Positions 12,968-26,689 of a stretch of 64,000 nt of DNA are shown here, one piece after another; positions within the stretch are counted from its first letter, which is position 1, and each line of letters opens with the position of its first letter. Position numbers and translations under genes: made by a program. Below the pieces are notes generated by a model. The model saw only the letters and a program-made list of their open reading frames with translations, made no database searches and had not been told where the DNA came from. The stretch spans positions 17,269 through 81,268 of the forward strand of contig CAIPTD010000153.1 in assembly GCA_903867885.1 (NCBI GenBank), given 5' to 3'. Source of the stretch: an uncultured Ferrovum sp. Its GTDB lineage: Bacteria; Pseudomonadota; Gammaproteobacteria; Burkholderiales; Ferrovaceae.

Positions 12968-14971
12968 ATGACCGTTCTCATAGCCCGCATCGCGCTTGAT
13001 GTTCCGCTTACAAAAGAATTTGACTACCTAGCTGGTGATCTCGTTTTAACCGATATAGGGAGAAGAGTGACGGTTGAATTTGGAAATAAACTCGTCATTG
13101 GTGTTTTAATTGAGCTCGTTGATCACACTGAGGTTTTGCCAGAAAAACTCAAAGCTATTAGTTTCATACATCGCGAAACGCCCGCCCTCAGTTCTGAATG
13201 CCTTAAGTTTTTGCAATTTTGTGCCCGTTACTATCATTACCCGCAAGGGCAGGTCATTCTTCAGGCTTTACCACCTGGGCTGCGTAAGCCCAAACCATGG
13301 AAACCGCGTAAGACCGTAAAACCTAAACCAAAACACTCTGCCTCGCATTCAGCAGTTCATCGGCATGCACTGAATGCTTCTCAGCAAAAAGCAGCCGATC
13401 AAGTTCTTCAAGCCGTTCATGCTCAGCGCTTTGAAACATTTTTACTGCTCGGGATCACTGGCAGCGGTAAAACAGAGGTCTATCTGAAGATTGCTGAGGG
13501 AGTAATCCAACTAGGCAGAAAAGCGCTTTTACTTGTCCCAGAAATTAATCTCACACCGCAGCTTGAGGCAAGGGTGCGGGATTATTTCATCAACGTTGAG
13601 GTTATCAGCCTCCACAGCAACTTAACGGGTGTAGCCCGGGTAAAAAACTGGCTTAGGCTATTCGAGCCCGGTCCGCTCGTGATCATTGGCACCCGCTTAT
13701 CTATTCTTGCCCCTCTTTCCGATCTTGGATTGATTGTGGTCGATGAAGAACATGATGCCTCTTACAAGCAACAAGAAGGCTTGAGATATTCTGCTAGGGA
13801 TATGGCATTGATGCGAGCACAAAACGCTTCGTGTCCAGTTGTTTTAGGTTCGGCCACACCCAGCTTAGAAAGCCTGCAGCAAGCGATTCGTCATCGCTAT
13901 CATCTGATCACGCTGAACGAACGTGCCAATTCTCTTGCCCAACTTCCGCAAATTAGACTCATCGATTTAAGACATTTTTCTGCCCCTGATGGTCTTTCTG
14001 ATCCTGCTTTTAATGCATTAGATGAAGCGTATCAGCGTGGTGAGCAAAGTTTAGTTTTTATTAATCGCAGAGGGTACTCCCCCACTTTGTGGTGCACTCA
14101 GTGCGGATGGTCTGCGGGCTGTCCGCGTTGCAGCATACGTCTGGTCTATCACCTCCGCGCCAAATCTACGCGCTGCCACCTTTGTGGCTGGGCGCAAAGC
14201 GTTCCCAGACAATGCCCCGACTGTGGGAACTCAGAGTTACGACCAGCCGGTGAAGGAACCCAAAAGTTAGAGCAGACCTTGCGCGCGCGGTTTCCCTTAG
14301 CTAGATTGGCGCGGGTGGACTCTGATACGATGGGGCATAGCGAAGGATTTACAGAACTCCGCACGGCTCTTCTTAATCATGATTTAGATATCTTAGTTGG
14401 CACTCAAATGTTAACCAAGGGTCATGATTTCCCAGCTTTAACGTGTGTAGTAGTTGTGAATTCTGATGGGGCCTTATTTAGCTCTGATTTTCGCGCTGAA
14501 GAACGTTTATTTGCCCAACTTCTTCAAGTTGCCGGGCGAGCAGGACGGGCTAACAAAATTGGGCAAGTTCTTGTTCAAACTTATCAACCCGAACACCCTC
14601 TTTTTCAAGCACTGATCCGCCAAGATTACTTACCTTACGCACAGTATTTACTAGAGCAACGACAAGCCCTAGGCTTCCCTCCATTTCACTATCAAGCGGT
14701 TCTTCACGCGAGTGGATCCAAGGCAGAAAACGTCGAAGACTTCCTACATCGGGCGAGGGCATTAACGGGAATACCTAAGAACATTACCGTTTTTGAAGTT
14801 GTTCCGGCACTCGTCGCAAAAGTGGCGCATAAATATCGTTTTCAGATTCTGACGCAATCTTCTGATCGCCCTGCCTTTCATCGATTTTTGGCGGCATGGG
14901 TAGATGCTATTCGGGAAAAACCTCAATCAAAGGTACAGTGGATGCTTGAGGTTGATCCCATTGATCTATAA
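12968..14971 (+). CDS. priA: Primosomal replication protein N' (PriA helicase)
   Basis: Walker A GITGSGKT; VVDEEHD box; Cys-rich zinc region (CTQCGW..CPRC..CHLCGW..CPDCG). Start set at ATG 12968 (MTVLIARIALDVPL), since the 16 residues encoded upstream of it from TTG 12920 look non-homologous. Confidence 0.9.
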   Translation: MTVLIARIALDVPLTKEFDYLAGDLVLTDIGRRVTVEFGNKLVIGVLIELVDHTEVLPEKLKAISFIHRETPALSSECLKFLQFCARYYHYPQGQVILQALPPGLRKPKPWKPRKTVKPKPKHSASHSAVHRHALNASQQKAADQVLQAVHAQRFETFLLLGITGSGKTEVYLKIAEGVIQLGRKALLLVPEINLTPQLEARVRDYFINVEVISLHSNLTGVARVKNWLRLFEPGPLVIIGTRLSILAPLSDLGLIVVDEEHDASYKQQEGLRYSARDMALMRAQNASCPVVLGSATPSLESLQQAIRHRYHLITLNERANSLAQLPQIRLIDLRHFSAPDGLSDPAFNALDEAYQRGEQSLVFINRRGYSPTLWCTQCGWSAGCPRCSIRLVYHLRAKSTRCHLCGWAQSVPRQCPDCGNSELRPAGEGTQKLEQTLRARFPLARLARVDSDTMGHSEGFTELRTALLNHDLDILVGTQMLTKGHDFPALTCVVVVNSDGALFSSDFRAEERLFAQLLQVAGRAGRANKIGQVLVQTYQPEHPLFQALIRQDYLPYAQYLLEQRQALGFPPFHYQAVLHASGSKAENVEDFLHRARALTGIPKNITVFEVVPALVAKVAHKYRFQILTQSSDRPAFHRFLAAWVDAIREKPQSKVQWMLEVDPIDL

Positions 14972-15052
14972 ATTTGTACTCTTTCTTAGTCTCGTTCAGC
15001 GTCTTGGGCACGATATACTTACACCTCTGCTAATCGATAAAATCTAAAGACT

Positions 15053-16813
15053 TTGAAGACCGAGCTTGAACATCTATTGCGCTCAGCTATTGCTCAAGCG
15101 CTTCCTAATTGCTCAGTGAGTGAAATTCCTCTTGAGCGCCCCCGCCAAGCCGATCACGGAGACTTTGCGACTAGCATAGCCTTACAACTCGCCAAGGCTA
15201 ATGGCCTTAATCCCAGGCAGCTTGCGCAAAGCATCAAGGATTCCTTGCCTCCATCGGAGATTGTTGAGTCATGTGACATTGCAGGGCCTGGGTTTTTAAA
15301 TTTCAAACTACGTTCAGCCGCTCGGTTTGCTGTTGTGTCTCAAGTGTTGGATGCTCCTGAGCAATTTGGTCGCCACCTTGCCGGCTCTAAAGGGAGCATT
15401 CAGGTTGAGTTTGTGTCGAGTAATCCCACCGGTCCTTTGCACGTTGGTCATGGAAGAGGCGCAGCCTTTGGAGCAAGTTTGTCCAATCTTCTGGCCTTAG
15501 CCGGTTGGAAGGTTCAGCGTGAGTACTATGTTAATGACGCTGGCAGGCAAATGGATATCCTAACGGTATCCACTTGGCTCAGATATTTAGAACAACATCA
15601 GATCCTTCTTGAATTCCCGCCTAATGGCTACCAAGGGGATTATGTAGGGGTGATGGCTCAGGCTCTATCAAGGAAACATGGAGAGGCTTTTGTCAGAACT
15701 GCCTCTGACGTTTTAACGGGCACCCCGGGTCTCCCTCTCACTTCTGCAGCCTTAGATGATAAAGCACGTGAGGCCCAAACTGAAGCGCACATGGATGCGC
15801 TGATTCATTCAGCTAAACAACTGCTTGGAGCAGGTTGGGGCATTATTCATTCTGAAGTCTTAGAAGATCAGATTAGTGATTGTCGCGCTGACCTCGAAGA
15901 GTTTGGGGTTGTTTTTGATTGTTGGTTTTCTGAGCAGAGCTTGTATGATTCTGGTCGAGTTGCCCAAGTCATTGCGCGGCTTCAAGAACGAGGACATCTG
16001 TATCTTAAGGATGGCGCCGTATGGTTTAAATCCAGCGCATTTGGTGATGAGAAGGACCGCGTCGTTCAACGCGAAAATGGGATTTATACTTACTTCGCTT
16101 CTGATATTGCCTATCATGATGAAAAGTTCAGCCGAGGTTTAGATCGGATTTTAAACGTTTGGGGAGCCGATCATCATGGCTACATACCGAGAGTAAAAGC
16201 TGCGCTCATTGCACTGGGTCATGATGCGAATCGCCTCGTTGTCCCTTTGGTTCAGTTTGTCAGTTTATTTCGCAATGGTGAGAAGGTTCAGATGTCAACG
16301 CGCAAAGGCCAATTTGTTACTTTGCGTGCTTTACGTGAAGAAACAGGTCGTGATGCGGCACGGTTTTTTTATGTGTTGCGCAAGTCTGACCAAGCCCTGG
16401 ATTTTGATCTTTCATTAGCAACGAGTGAGAGCAACGATAACCCGGTTTATTATGTGCAATATGCACATGCTAGAGTGCATAGTGTACTCACTCGCTGGGG
16501 AGGCGATGTTCAGGATCTGGCAAAATCTGATTTAGGCTTACTGGGCACAGAATCAGAGATTTTACTTGCTCAGCAGATAGCAAGATTTCCCGAAGTAGTT
16601 GATCAAGCTGCGCTTGATCTTGCACCGCATAGCATTGCTTTTTATCTGAAAGAACTTGCTGCTTCCTTTCATAGTTGGTACAACTCGGCACCCTTTATTG
16701 TATCCGAACAACCAGAATTGACTCGCGCTAGGCTTGCTTTAGCGTATTCCTCTGCCGCCGTTCTCAGGCAAGGTTTATCCTTACTTGGGGTGAGCGCACC
16801 TAATCAGATGTAA
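15053..16813 (+). CDS. argS: Arginine--tRNA ligase
   Basis: 586 aa; class I signature SNPTGPLHVGHGR; C-terminal DALR anticodon-binding region; TTG start. Confidence 0.93.
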   Translation: MKTELEHLLRSAIAQALPNCSVSEIPLERPRQADHGDFATSIALQLAKANGLNPRQLAQSIKDSLPPSEIVESCDIAGPGFLNFKLRSAARFAVVSQVLDAPEQFGRHLAGSKGSIQVEFVSSNPTGPLHVGHGRGAAFGASLSNLLALAGWKVQREYYVNDAGRQMDILTVSTWLRYLEQHQILLEFPPNGYQGDYVGVMAQALSRKHGEAFVRTASDVLTGTPGLPLTSAALDDKAREAQTEAHMDALIHSAKQLLGAGWGIIHSEVLEDQISDCRADLEEFGVVFDCWFSEQSLYDSGRVAQVIARLQERGHLYLKDGAVWFKSSAFGDEKDRVVQRENGIYTYFASDIAYHDEKFSRGLDRILNVWGADHHGYIPRVKAALIALGHDANRLVVPLVQFVSLFRNGEKVQMSTRKGQFVTLRALREETGRDAARFFYVLRKSDQALDFDLSLATSESNDNPVYYVQYAHARVHSVLTRWGGDVQDLAKSDLGLLGTESEILLAQQIARFPEVVDQAALDLAPHSIAFYLKELAASFHSWYNSAPFIVSEQPELTRARLALAYSSAAVLRQGLSLLGVSAPNQM

Positions 16814-16823
16814 CCGAAGGCAT

Positions 16824-17480
16824 ATGAGTCAGAAAGAGCGGAATACCTCACCCAAATTAAACATGCAGCCAGCCAAGATAGCTGGTTCGGGCCGCCCCCT
16901 GCTCACTGGGGTTCTTATTGGTTTAGTCTTAGGTGTGAGTTTATGTAGCGGGGTCGCGATTTGGGTCGCCAGGAGTCCAAGCCCTTTTACTAACCGTGCG
17001 CTGCAATCTATGGGAATTGTTAAAGGTTCAGGATTGGCTGTCTCTGGCAACAGTATGGAGGGAGTTGAATCCGGTATTGTTACACCAGCACCAGGGAGTG
17101 TTGGTGTAACGACAACGCCGTCTTCATCCGACCCTCTATCTAAATCCTCTTCTTCTGCATCTACTGGTTCTGAATCCGCTCCATCTAATGGTGACCCTCC
17201 CCTCACTGCAGCGAATCCCGGATCTGCTCTCTACCTTCAGGTTGGTGCTTTTTCGACTCAAGAAGACGCCCAAAAACAAGTTGAAACGATTGCTCAGATT
17301 GTTGGGCAGCGTGCTCGTATTTGGCCTTATTCATCAGGCGATGCGGGCAAGGTTTTATATCGTGTTCGTTTAGGCCCTTTTTCGCAAACTTCGGATACCA
17401 CTGAACTTGTTCAGGCTCTTAAGTCAAATGCAATGACCTATGCCTTGGTTCGCCCCTCTGCAGGTGAATCACCCCAATAA
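16824..17480 (+). CDS. SPOR domain-containing membrane protein (septal peptidoglycan binding)
   Basis: 218 aa: one TM segment, a Ser/Thr/Pro-rich linker, and a C-terminal SPOR-like block (LYLQVGAFSTQEDAQ...YRVRLGPF). priA-argS-SPOR order is as I recall it in pseudomonads and betaproteobacteria. Confidence 0.7.
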   Translation: MSQKERNTSPKLNMQPAKIAGSGRPLLTGVLIGLVLGVSLCSGVAIWVARSPSPFTNRALQSMGIVKGSGLAVSGNSMEGVESGIVTPAPGSVGVTTTPSSSDPLSKSSSSASTGSESAPSNGDPPLTAANPGSALYLQVGAFSTQEDAQKQVETIAQIVGQRARIWPYSSGDAGKVLYRVRLGPFSQTSDTTELVQALKSNAMTYALVRPSAGESPQ

Positions 17481-17507
17481 TTTTTAATATTAATAACTGA
17501 GGTTTTC

Positions 17508-18146
17508 ATGACACACCTTCAGCGCCTATTTTTAAGCTTTTTCTTTATTATTTCGTTTTGTATTGCAAGTGATCACACCTTAGCTGCTACAGCTGGCAAG
17601 GATTACCAAATAATCAACCCTCCGCAAGCTACTAGTTCTGTTGGTAAAATTGAGGTACTTGAGTTTTTTTCATATGCGTGTCCGCATTGCAATCATCTGG
17701 AACCTAGTCTGGAAGCCTGGGAACACAAAATTCCAGCGGGGGTTGTGCTCAAGCGCGTGCCTGTTACCTTTGGTCGTAATGAGTGGTTACCCTTAGCAAA
17801 GCTTTACTACACGCTTGAAGCCATGGGCCAAGTCGATAAACTTCATTCCAAGGTTTTTGCAGCGATTCATGATACGCATCAAAATTTGATGTCTGCAGAT
17901 GCGGCCATTGACTGGGCGGTTAAGCAAGGTTTAGATCGTGCTAAGTTTATTGATACCTACAATTCATTTGGCGTTCAAACCAAACTCAATGGTGGGAATT
18001 CAAAAGCGCAGTCGTATGCAATTGATGGCGTACCTAGCTTAATCATCGACGGAAAATTTAAAACGAGTCCTTCACTAGCCGGAAGTAATGATGCCACCCT
18101 TCAAGTCGTTGATGATTTGATCGCCTCTCTGCCCAAAACTCGATAA
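17508..18146 (+). CDS. dsbA: Thiol:disulfide interchange protein DsbA
   Basis: Signal peptide followed by the CPHC thioredoxin-fold active site (FSYACPHCNHLEP). Confidence 0.87.
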   Translation: MTHLQRLFLSFFFIISFCIASDHTLAATAGKDYQIINPPQATSSVGKIEVLEFFSYACPHCNHLEPSLEAWEHKIPAGVVLKRVPVTFGRNEWLPLAKLYYTLEAMGQVDKLHSKVFAAIHDTHQNLMSADAAIDWAVKQGLDRAKFIDTYNSFGVQTKLNGGNSKAQSYAIDGVPSLIIDGKFKTSPSLAGSNDATLQVVDDLIASLPKTR

Positions 18147-18163
18147 CACGCCTTGGCCGGTCT

Positions 18164-19549
18164 CTAGGTTTTTTTGCTCGGCCGGGTCCAGGAAGCAACC
18201 GTTCGCTGGGGTGCTCTAGATAAAGTCAGTTGATTGGCCGGGGCATCCGCTACGATCGTCGAACCTGCTGCTATGGTGGCGCCAGACCCAATGGTTACGG
18301 GGGCAACTAATTGGCTGTTAGAGCCAATGAAAGCCCCGTCGCCAATAATTGTTTGATGTTTGTTCGCTCCATCATAGTTACAGGTAATCACCCCTGCTCC
18401 CAAGTTTACTTCTTTTCCAACTTGGGTATCACCCACATAAGCAAGGTGATTAGCCTTACTTTTTTTCCCTATTTCACTGTTTTTAATTTCTACGAAGTTA
18501 CCAATGTGAACCTCTTCGGCCGTCACTGTCCCAGGGCGCACTCTCGCATAAGGTCCAATCTGGTTATGGGGTCCAATCTTAGCTTGTTCAATATGAGTAA
18601 AAGCCTTGATTTGGCTTCGCTCTCCAATGTCACTATTTTTAATGACGCAGTACGGGCCAATCTGCGCGCCTGAGCGCAAATAAACCTCACCTTCAAATAC
18701 GCAACCAAGGTCGATGCGAACATCCTTTTCCGCATATAGTTTTCCTCGAATATCAATGCGGTCAGGATCGATTATTGCGATCCCTTGAATCAACATTTCC
18801 TTGGCCAGATGTCTTTGCCATTGTCTTTCTAGTTGGGCCAATTGCCATTGGTCGTTGATTCCTTGAGCTTCCCATTCTAGCGTGGGAGATGATGAAACCA
18901 CTTCTACTCCCTCTTCGACAGCAAGTGCTGCAATATCTGTTAGATAGTACTCACTTTGCTCGTTGTCGTTAGATAGCTTAGCTACCCAGTGTCTAAGCCT
19001 TTTCGATGGAGCGCACACAATCCCTGTATTCACTTCGCAGATAAGGCGTTGTTCTGCGCTCGCATCTTTGTGTTCTACAATTCCGCGAATTTTTCCTTGC
19101 TTGTCTCTTACAATTCGCCCGTATCCCTTTGGGTCGGTGATTGTTTGCGTGAGGAGCGACAGCGTATCTTTCTTAGCAAGTTCAATCAGATCAAGTAGGG
19201 TTTGTTTTTGTATGAGTGGTACGTCGCCATAGAGTACCAGCATAAGGTCTTTGCTTGACTCCGCTTCCCCATTCGCATGAAAAACCTGCTTAACCGCATC
19301 ACCCGTTCCTTGTGGTGGGGACTGCAAGACCCATTGTATTGTTTTATCTTTGAACGCCGTCAGTACCTTTTCGGCGCCATGTCCATAGACCACAGAAATT
19401 TTCGCGGGTTGAAGTGATTGCGCGCAATCAAGAACATGCCCTAAAAGGCTATTGCCTGCTAATGTTTGTAAAACTTTGGGGGTAGAGGATTGCATTCGCT
19501 TGCCTTGGCCGGCAGCAAGAATGACAACATGTAAGGAGATGTTTGACAA
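18164..19549 (-). CDS. glmU: Bifunctional UDP-N-acetylglucosamine pyrophosphorylase / glucosamine-1-phosphate N-acetyltransferase
   Basis: 461 aa; ILAAGQGKRM motif; C-terminal hexapeptide-repeat beta-helix; TTG start with an AGGGG SD; located downstream of the atp operon. Confidence 0.93.
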   Translation of the reverse strand: MSNISLHVVILAAGQGKRMQSSTPKVLQTLAGNSLLGHVLDCAQSLQPAKISVVYGHGAEKVLTAFKDKTIQWVLQSPPQGTGDAVKQVFHANGEAESSKDLMLVLYGDVPLIQKQTLLDLIELAKKDTLSLLTQTITDPKGYGRIVRDKQGKIRGIVEHKDASAEQRLICEVNTGIVCAPSKRLRHWVAKLSNDNEQSEYYLTDIAALAVEEGVEVVSSSPTLEWEAQGINDQWQLAQLERQWQRHLAKEMLIQGIAIIDPDRIDIRGKLYAEKDVRIDLGCVFEGEVYLRSGAQIGPYCVIKNSDIGERSQIKAFTHIEQAKIGPHNQIGPYARVRPGTVTAEEVHIGNFVEIKNSEIGKKSKANHLAYVGDTQVGKEVNLGAGVITCNYDGANKHQTIIGDGAFIGSNSQLVAPVTIGSGATIAAGSTIVADAPANQLTLSRAPQRTVASWTRPSKKT

Positions 19550-19628
19550 TTTTAACCCCTAGATTGATGTGTACCTTTTTGGGGAGTTTAATGCCAAATG
19601 GATGGGGGCGTAATCAGGGTAATACAAA

Positions 19629-19658
19629 CTAGGCATAACGTTTGATCGTCATGCCTAG
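19629..19658 (-). terminator. Rho-independent terminator after atpC
   Basis: Minus strand reads CUAGGCAUGACG-AUCAAA-CGUUAUGCCUAG: a 12-bp stem with one G-U pair and a 6-nt loop, followed by UUUGUAUU. It starts 10 nt after the atpC stop. Confidence 0.6.
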
Positions 19659-19668
19659 GGATGATGCG

Positions 19669-20097
19669 TTAAGCTCGGTTTTTGCGTAGTTTACCAATCG
19701 CTGCCAACTGGGCCATCGCAACCGCTAGTTCTCCCGAAGCGCGAGCATAGTCCACATCACCTGTTCGGTTTTGCAGGGCTTCTTCCGCTGCACGTTTAGC
19801 TTCGGTGGCTTTTGCTTCGTCCAAGTCATGTCCACGAATAGCGGTATCAGCAAGAACCGTGACCATATCAGGTTGCACCTCAAGGATGCCACCAGAAACG
19901 AACACGAATTCTTCTTCCCCACCGTTAGCGAGTTTAACGCGAACAGTGCCCGGGCGGATGCGGGTGAGTAAAGGAGTATGTCGCGGGTAAATGCCAAGCT
20001 CACCTTCCTCTCCAGGAAGCACGACAAACTGTGCTTCACCAGAGAAGATGTGTTCTTCAGCGCTGACCACGTCTACGTGAATAGTTGCCATGGTCAT
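19669..20097 (-). CDS. atpC: F0F1 ATP synthase subunit epsilon
   Basis: 142 aa; position after atpD; typical N-terminal beta-sandwich sequence ([17 protein letters not shown]). Confidence 0.9.
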   Translation of the reverse strand: MTMATIHVDVVSAEEHIFSGEAQFVVLPGEEGELGIYPRHTPLLTRIRPGTVRVKLANGGEEEFVFVSGGILEVQPDMVTVLADTAIRGHDLDEAKATEAKRAAEEALQNRTGDVDYARASGELAVAMAQLAAIGKLRKNRA

Positions 20098-20100
20098 TCC

Positions 20101-21504
<1,404 letters not shown>

Positions 21505-21513
21505 TCAAAAGCA

Positions 21514-22386
21514 TCAAACCGCAGCTGCGCCGCCAACGATTTCTGAGAGTTCCTTCGTAATAGCAGCTTGACGAGATTTGTTATAAATCAACTGCAACTC
21601 GCCAATCACACTACCTGCATTGTCGGAAGCAGCTTTCATGGCCACCATCCGCGCACTTTGTTCTGAAGCGATATTTTCAGCCACTGCCTGATACACCAAT
21701 GCTTCGACATATCTGACAAGTAACTGAGCAATCACTTCTGGTCCTGCTGGTTCGTAGATGTAATCCCACGAAGCCCCTTGCTTGCTTTCGCCCTGAAGTT
21801 TCTGCTTAGGCAAGGGAAGCAATTGTTCAACGACTGGTTCCTGTTTCATGGTGTTAATGAAGCGGGTGTAGGCCAAATGGACTTCATCCACCTCGCCAGC
21901 CGCGAACTGGTCCAGTAAAACCTTGATGGGACCAATCAGCCGTTCAAGGTGTGGGGTGTCTCCCAAACCTATCGCATGCGACACTACTGGGACATTGGCG
22001 CGATTCATGAAGCCAAAACCCTTGTTTCCTAAGGCTGTAGCGCAGACTTTTGCTCCTCGGGCCTCAGAGGCCTTAAAGAACTGAGTTACTTGCCGGAGCA
22101 AGTTAGTATTTAACCCACCGCACAAACCTTTATCAGAGGTCACTACTACAACCCCAACCCGCTTCACGTTTTCACGTTGTTCTAGAAAGGGGTGACTAAA
22201 CTCTGGATGGGCTTGGGCCATATGCGCGGCAACATTACGGATTTTTTCACCGTAGGGGCGTGCCGCTTTCATGCGGTCCTGCGCCTTGCGCATCTTGCTT
22301 GCTGCGACCATTTCCATCGCTTTGGTGATCTTTTGCGTATTTTTCACGCTTTTGATCTTGGTACGAATTTCCTTTGAACCGGCCAT
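21514..22386 (-). CDS. atpG: F0F1 ATP synthase subunit gamma
   Basis: 290 aa; N-terminal [28 protein letters not shown]; C-terminal [14 protein letters not shown]. Confidence 0.94.
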   Translation of the reverse strand: MAGSKEIRTKIKSVKNTQKITKAMEMVAASKMRKAQDRMKAARPYGEKIRNVAAHMAQAHPEFSHPFLEQRENVKRVGVVVVTSDKGLCGGLNTNLLRQVTQFFKASEARGAKVCATALGNKGFGFMNRANVPVVSHAIGLGDTPHLERLIGPIKVLLDQFAAGEVDEVHLAYTRFINTMKQEPVVEQLLPLPKQKLQGESKQGASWDYIYEPAGPEVIAQLLVRYVEALVYQAVAENIASEQSARMVAMKAASDNAGSVIGELQLIYNKSRQAAITKELSEIVGGAAAV

Positions 22387-22479
22387 GCTTACTCCATCGC
22401 TACCTTGGCACGCTCACTACTCAATCAAATGCGGAATGAGCAGATTTAGGGAGTGCCCGGGTTATTCCCCGGACACTGG

Positions 22480-24021
22480 TCAGTAAACGCCTGCTTTCTT
22501 GAATGCAGCGATTGCATCAGACAAGGTCTTTTCAGACTCTTTATCCAATTCTTTAGTCGCTGCAATCTTGTCCATCAGAGCTTTATGTTCGCTCTTAAGT
22601 GAAACACGCAAGGCTGATTCAAACGCCAAAGCCCGCTTCACCTCGACATCATCGTAGAAGCCTTTATCAACGGCAAACAAAGTGACTGCCATCTCTTCAA
22701 CAGACAAAGTGGCATATTGAGCCTGTTTCATCAGCTCGGTCACCATGCGACCACGCTCAAGTTGCTTACGTGTGGCTTCATCTAAATCCGAGGCAAACTG
22801 CGCAAACGCTGCCAGCTCACGATATTGAGCCAGCGCCAAGCGCACACCGCCGCCCAGTTTTTTAATGACTTTAGTTTGTGCTGCGCCACCCACTCGGGAC
22901 ACCGAGATACCCGCGTTGATAGCGGGACGAATACCTGCATTAAACAGATCTGTCTCAAGGAAGATCTGACCATCGGTAATCGAAATCACGTTTGTCGGAA
23001 CGAATGCGGTCACGTCACCTGCTTGGGTTTCAATAATAGGCAACGCGGTCAAGGAACCTGTTTTACCCGTTACTGCACCATTAGTGTGATGCGACACATA
23101 ATCCTCGTTTACTCGAGCAGCACGTTCAAGCAAGCGGGAGTGGAGGTAGAAGACATCGCCGGGGTAGGCTTCGCGGCCAGGAGGGCGGCGGAGTAACAAT
23201 GAAATTTGTCGGTATGCCCAGGCTTGCTTGGTCAAGTCATCATACACAATCAGCGCATCACGCCCGCTATCGCGGAAGTATTCGCCCATCGAGCAACCTG
23301 AATAAGGAGCGATAAACTGCATCGCTGCAGAATCAGACGCGGTAGCAGCAACCACAATGGTGTATTCCATTGCGCCGTGCTCTTCCAGTTTGCGCACTAC
23401 GTTCACAATCGATGAAGCCTTTTGGCCGATTGCCACATAGATACAGGTCATGTTCTGACCTTTTTGGTTAATGATGGTGTCAATCGCAACCGCGGTTTTA
23501 CCCGTCTGACGGTCACCAATGATCAATTCACGCTGTCCTCGACCAACAGGCACCATTGAATCAATCGCTTTCAAACCTGTTTGAACAGGCTGGTCAACTG
23601 ACTTACGCCAAATAACGCCAGGTGCAATTTTCTCAATAGGGGAGGAGTGAGGAGAATTGATTGGGCCTTTGCCGTCAATAGGCTTACCCAAAGCATCTAC
23701 AACACGGCCAATCAGCGCTTCGCCAACGGGCACCTCTAAAATGCGACCGGTACACTTGACAGTGTTACCTTCACTAATATGTTCATACTCACCCAGGATC
23801 ACCGCACCCACCGAGTCACGCTCGAGGTTGAGTGCAAGACCATATGTGTTGCCGGGGAATTCCAACATCTCACCCTGCATCACGTCGGCCAGGCCATGGA
23901 CACGGACGATACCATCAGTTACGGAAACGACCGTACCTTCGGTTCGTGCTTCAGCTGCAACGGGAAGATTCTGGATCTTCGCCTTGATCAGTTCGCTGAT
24001 TTCGGACGGGTTCAACTGCAT
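22480..24021 (-). CDS. atpA: F0F1 ATP synthase subunit alpha
   Basis: Walker A GDRQTGKT. Start set at the ATG giving [13 protein letters not shown], with a GGAGA SD 5 nt upstream; the ORF track begins 4 codons earlier, at 24033. Confidence 0.96.
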   Translation of the reverse strand: MQLNPSEISELIKAKIQNLPVAAEARTEGTVVSVTDGIVRVHGLADVMQGEMLEFPGNTYGLALNLERDSVGAVILGEYEHISEGNTVKCTGRILEVPVGEALIGRVVDALGKPIDGKGPINSPHSSPIEKIAPGVIWRKSVDQPVQTGLKAIDSMVPVGRGQRELIIGDRQTGKTAVAIDTIINQKGQNMTCIYVAIGQKASSIVNVVRKLEEHGAMEYTIVVAATASDSAAMQFIAPYSGCSMGEYFRDSGRDALIVYDDLTKQAWAYRQISLLLRRPPGREAYPGDVFYLHSRLLERAARVNEDYVSHHTNGAVTGKTGSLTALPIIETQAGDVTAFVPTNVISITDGQIFLETDLFNAGIRPAINAGISVSRVGGAAQTKVIKKLGGGVRLALAQYRELAAFAQFASDLDEATRKQLERGRMVTELMKQAQYATLSVEEMAVTLFAVDKGFYDDVEVKRALAFESALRVSLKSEHKALMDKIAATKELDKESEKTLSDAIAAFKKAGVY

Positions 24022-24061
24022 CATTTTCTCCATGGGTGTCTACAAATCAGACACCACGAAC

Positions 24062-24598
24062 TTAAGTTGTTAGCGCGGCTTCCATACGATCAAGGCGGCC
24101 ACGAACAGAACCATCAATGACAATGTCACCAACGGCCACTTTGACCCCACCTATCAACGATGGATCAATCCAAACATCCGGACGAATACCACGTTTGAAG
24201 CGGGCTTCAAGATCTTTTACCAGACGGCTAATTTGACCGTCTTCCATTCGGAAGGCCGAAGTTATCTTGGCATCAATTACGCCTTCGCGTTCATGACGAA
24301 GAACTTCAAACTGGCTACGAATCTGCGGCAGCAATACAAGACGCTTGTTTTCAACTAATACTTCAACAAATTGCTTTGCCTGTGCATCAAGGTGGTGGCC
24401 AACCACACCATTTATCAAGTCAACGAGTTGTTGACGTTGAATCCTTGGATTCCCAATGAGACTTTCCATTTGGGGATCATTGACCACCATTTCTAGCAGG
24501 CTCAGCGCATCAGACCAGCTTGCACTATTACCTGCCTCTTGACTTAGCTTGAAAACCGCCTCGGCATAGGGCCTTGCGACAGTAGAAAGTTCAGCCAT
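24062..24598 (-). CDS. atpH: F0F1 ATP synthase subunit delta
   Basis: 178 aa; OSCP-like; N-terminal ARPYAEAVF; operon position between atpF and atpA. Confidence 0.87.
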   Translation of the reverse strand: MAELSTVARPYAEAVFKLSQEAGNSASWSDALSLLEMVVNDPQMESLIGNPRIQRQQLVDLINGVVGHHLDAQAKQFVEVLVENKRLVLLPQIRSQFEVLRHEREGVIDAKITSAFRMEDGQISRLVKDLEARFKRGIRPDVWIDPSLIGGVKVAVGDIVIDGSVRGRLDRMEAALTT

Positions 24599-24607
24599 TG
24601 ATTAACC

Positions 24608-25078
24608 TCATAGTTCCGCGCTAAGCGCGGTTAAGAGGTCAGCATGTACCTCGGCATTGATTTCCCGGCGCAAAATTCTTTCAGCTCCCGTTACTGCCAG
24701 GCTCGCAACCTGCGCACGCAATGCTTCACGTGCACGGTAGGTCTCTTGCTCCACTTCTGCTTTAGCGGCGGCTTTGATACGTTCTGCTTCCGCAACAGCT
24801 TCGTGTTTTGCTTCTTCCACTATTTCAGCGCGGCGTTTTTCAGACATTGCGATGATTTCAGCCGCTTTTTGGCGAGCCTCAACCATAGCATCAGCAGATT
24901 TACGCTCAGCTATTGAGAGATCGGCTTTTGCACGCTCGGCGGCAGCTAGGCCGTCGGCGATTTTCTGAGCACGCTCTTCCAAAGCCGCCGTTACGGGAGG
25001 CCATACAAACTTCAGGGTAAACCAGATCAGGATCGCAAAAGTGATTGCCTGACCGATGATAGTCGCGTTGATATTCAC
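24608..25078 (-). CDS. atpF: F0F1 ATP synthase subunit b
   Basis: 156 aa; single N-terminal TM helix followed by a long Ala/Glu/Lys-rich helix; operon position. Confidence 0.87.
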   Translation of the reverse strand: MNINATIIGQAITFAILIWFTLKFVWPPVTAALEERAQKIADGLAAAERAKADLSIAERKSADAMVEARQKAAEIIAMSEKRRAEIVEEAKHEAVAEAERIKAAAKAEVEQETYRAREALRAQVASLAVTGAERILRREINAEVHADLLTALSAEL

Positions 25079-25118
25079 GCTTTAGCCCTCATCAAGTTAA
25101 ACAGAGATGGGGAATGCA

Positions 25119-25412
<294 letters not shown>

Positions 25413-25443
25413 TTAAAAAAATCGTACAAATTGAAAAGCTAAA

Positions 25444-26591
<1,148 letters not shown>

Positions 26592-26616
26592 AGTTTCAGG
26601 CCGATTAAACCGTTCA

Positions 26617-26646
26617 ATTATAGTCCGGGAAGAATTACAACGTCAA
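26617..26646 (-). promoter_or_regulatory. Sigma-70-type promoter of the atp operon
   Basis: Minus strand reads TTGACG (26646-26641), an 18-nt spacer, then TATAAT (26622-26617), about 25 nt upstream of the atpI start. Confidence 0.5.
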
Positions 26647-26689
26647 TTCTGTAACAAAGATTTCATGCGGCGGCGCGCAACTTTGTTTG

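Noticed and set aside
26653-26687. Inverted repeat AACAAAG...CTTTGTT after parB, a possible terminator.
   Set aside because: The stem is only 7 bp and A/T-rich, the loop is 21 nt, and no U-tract follows on the transcribed (minus) strand.
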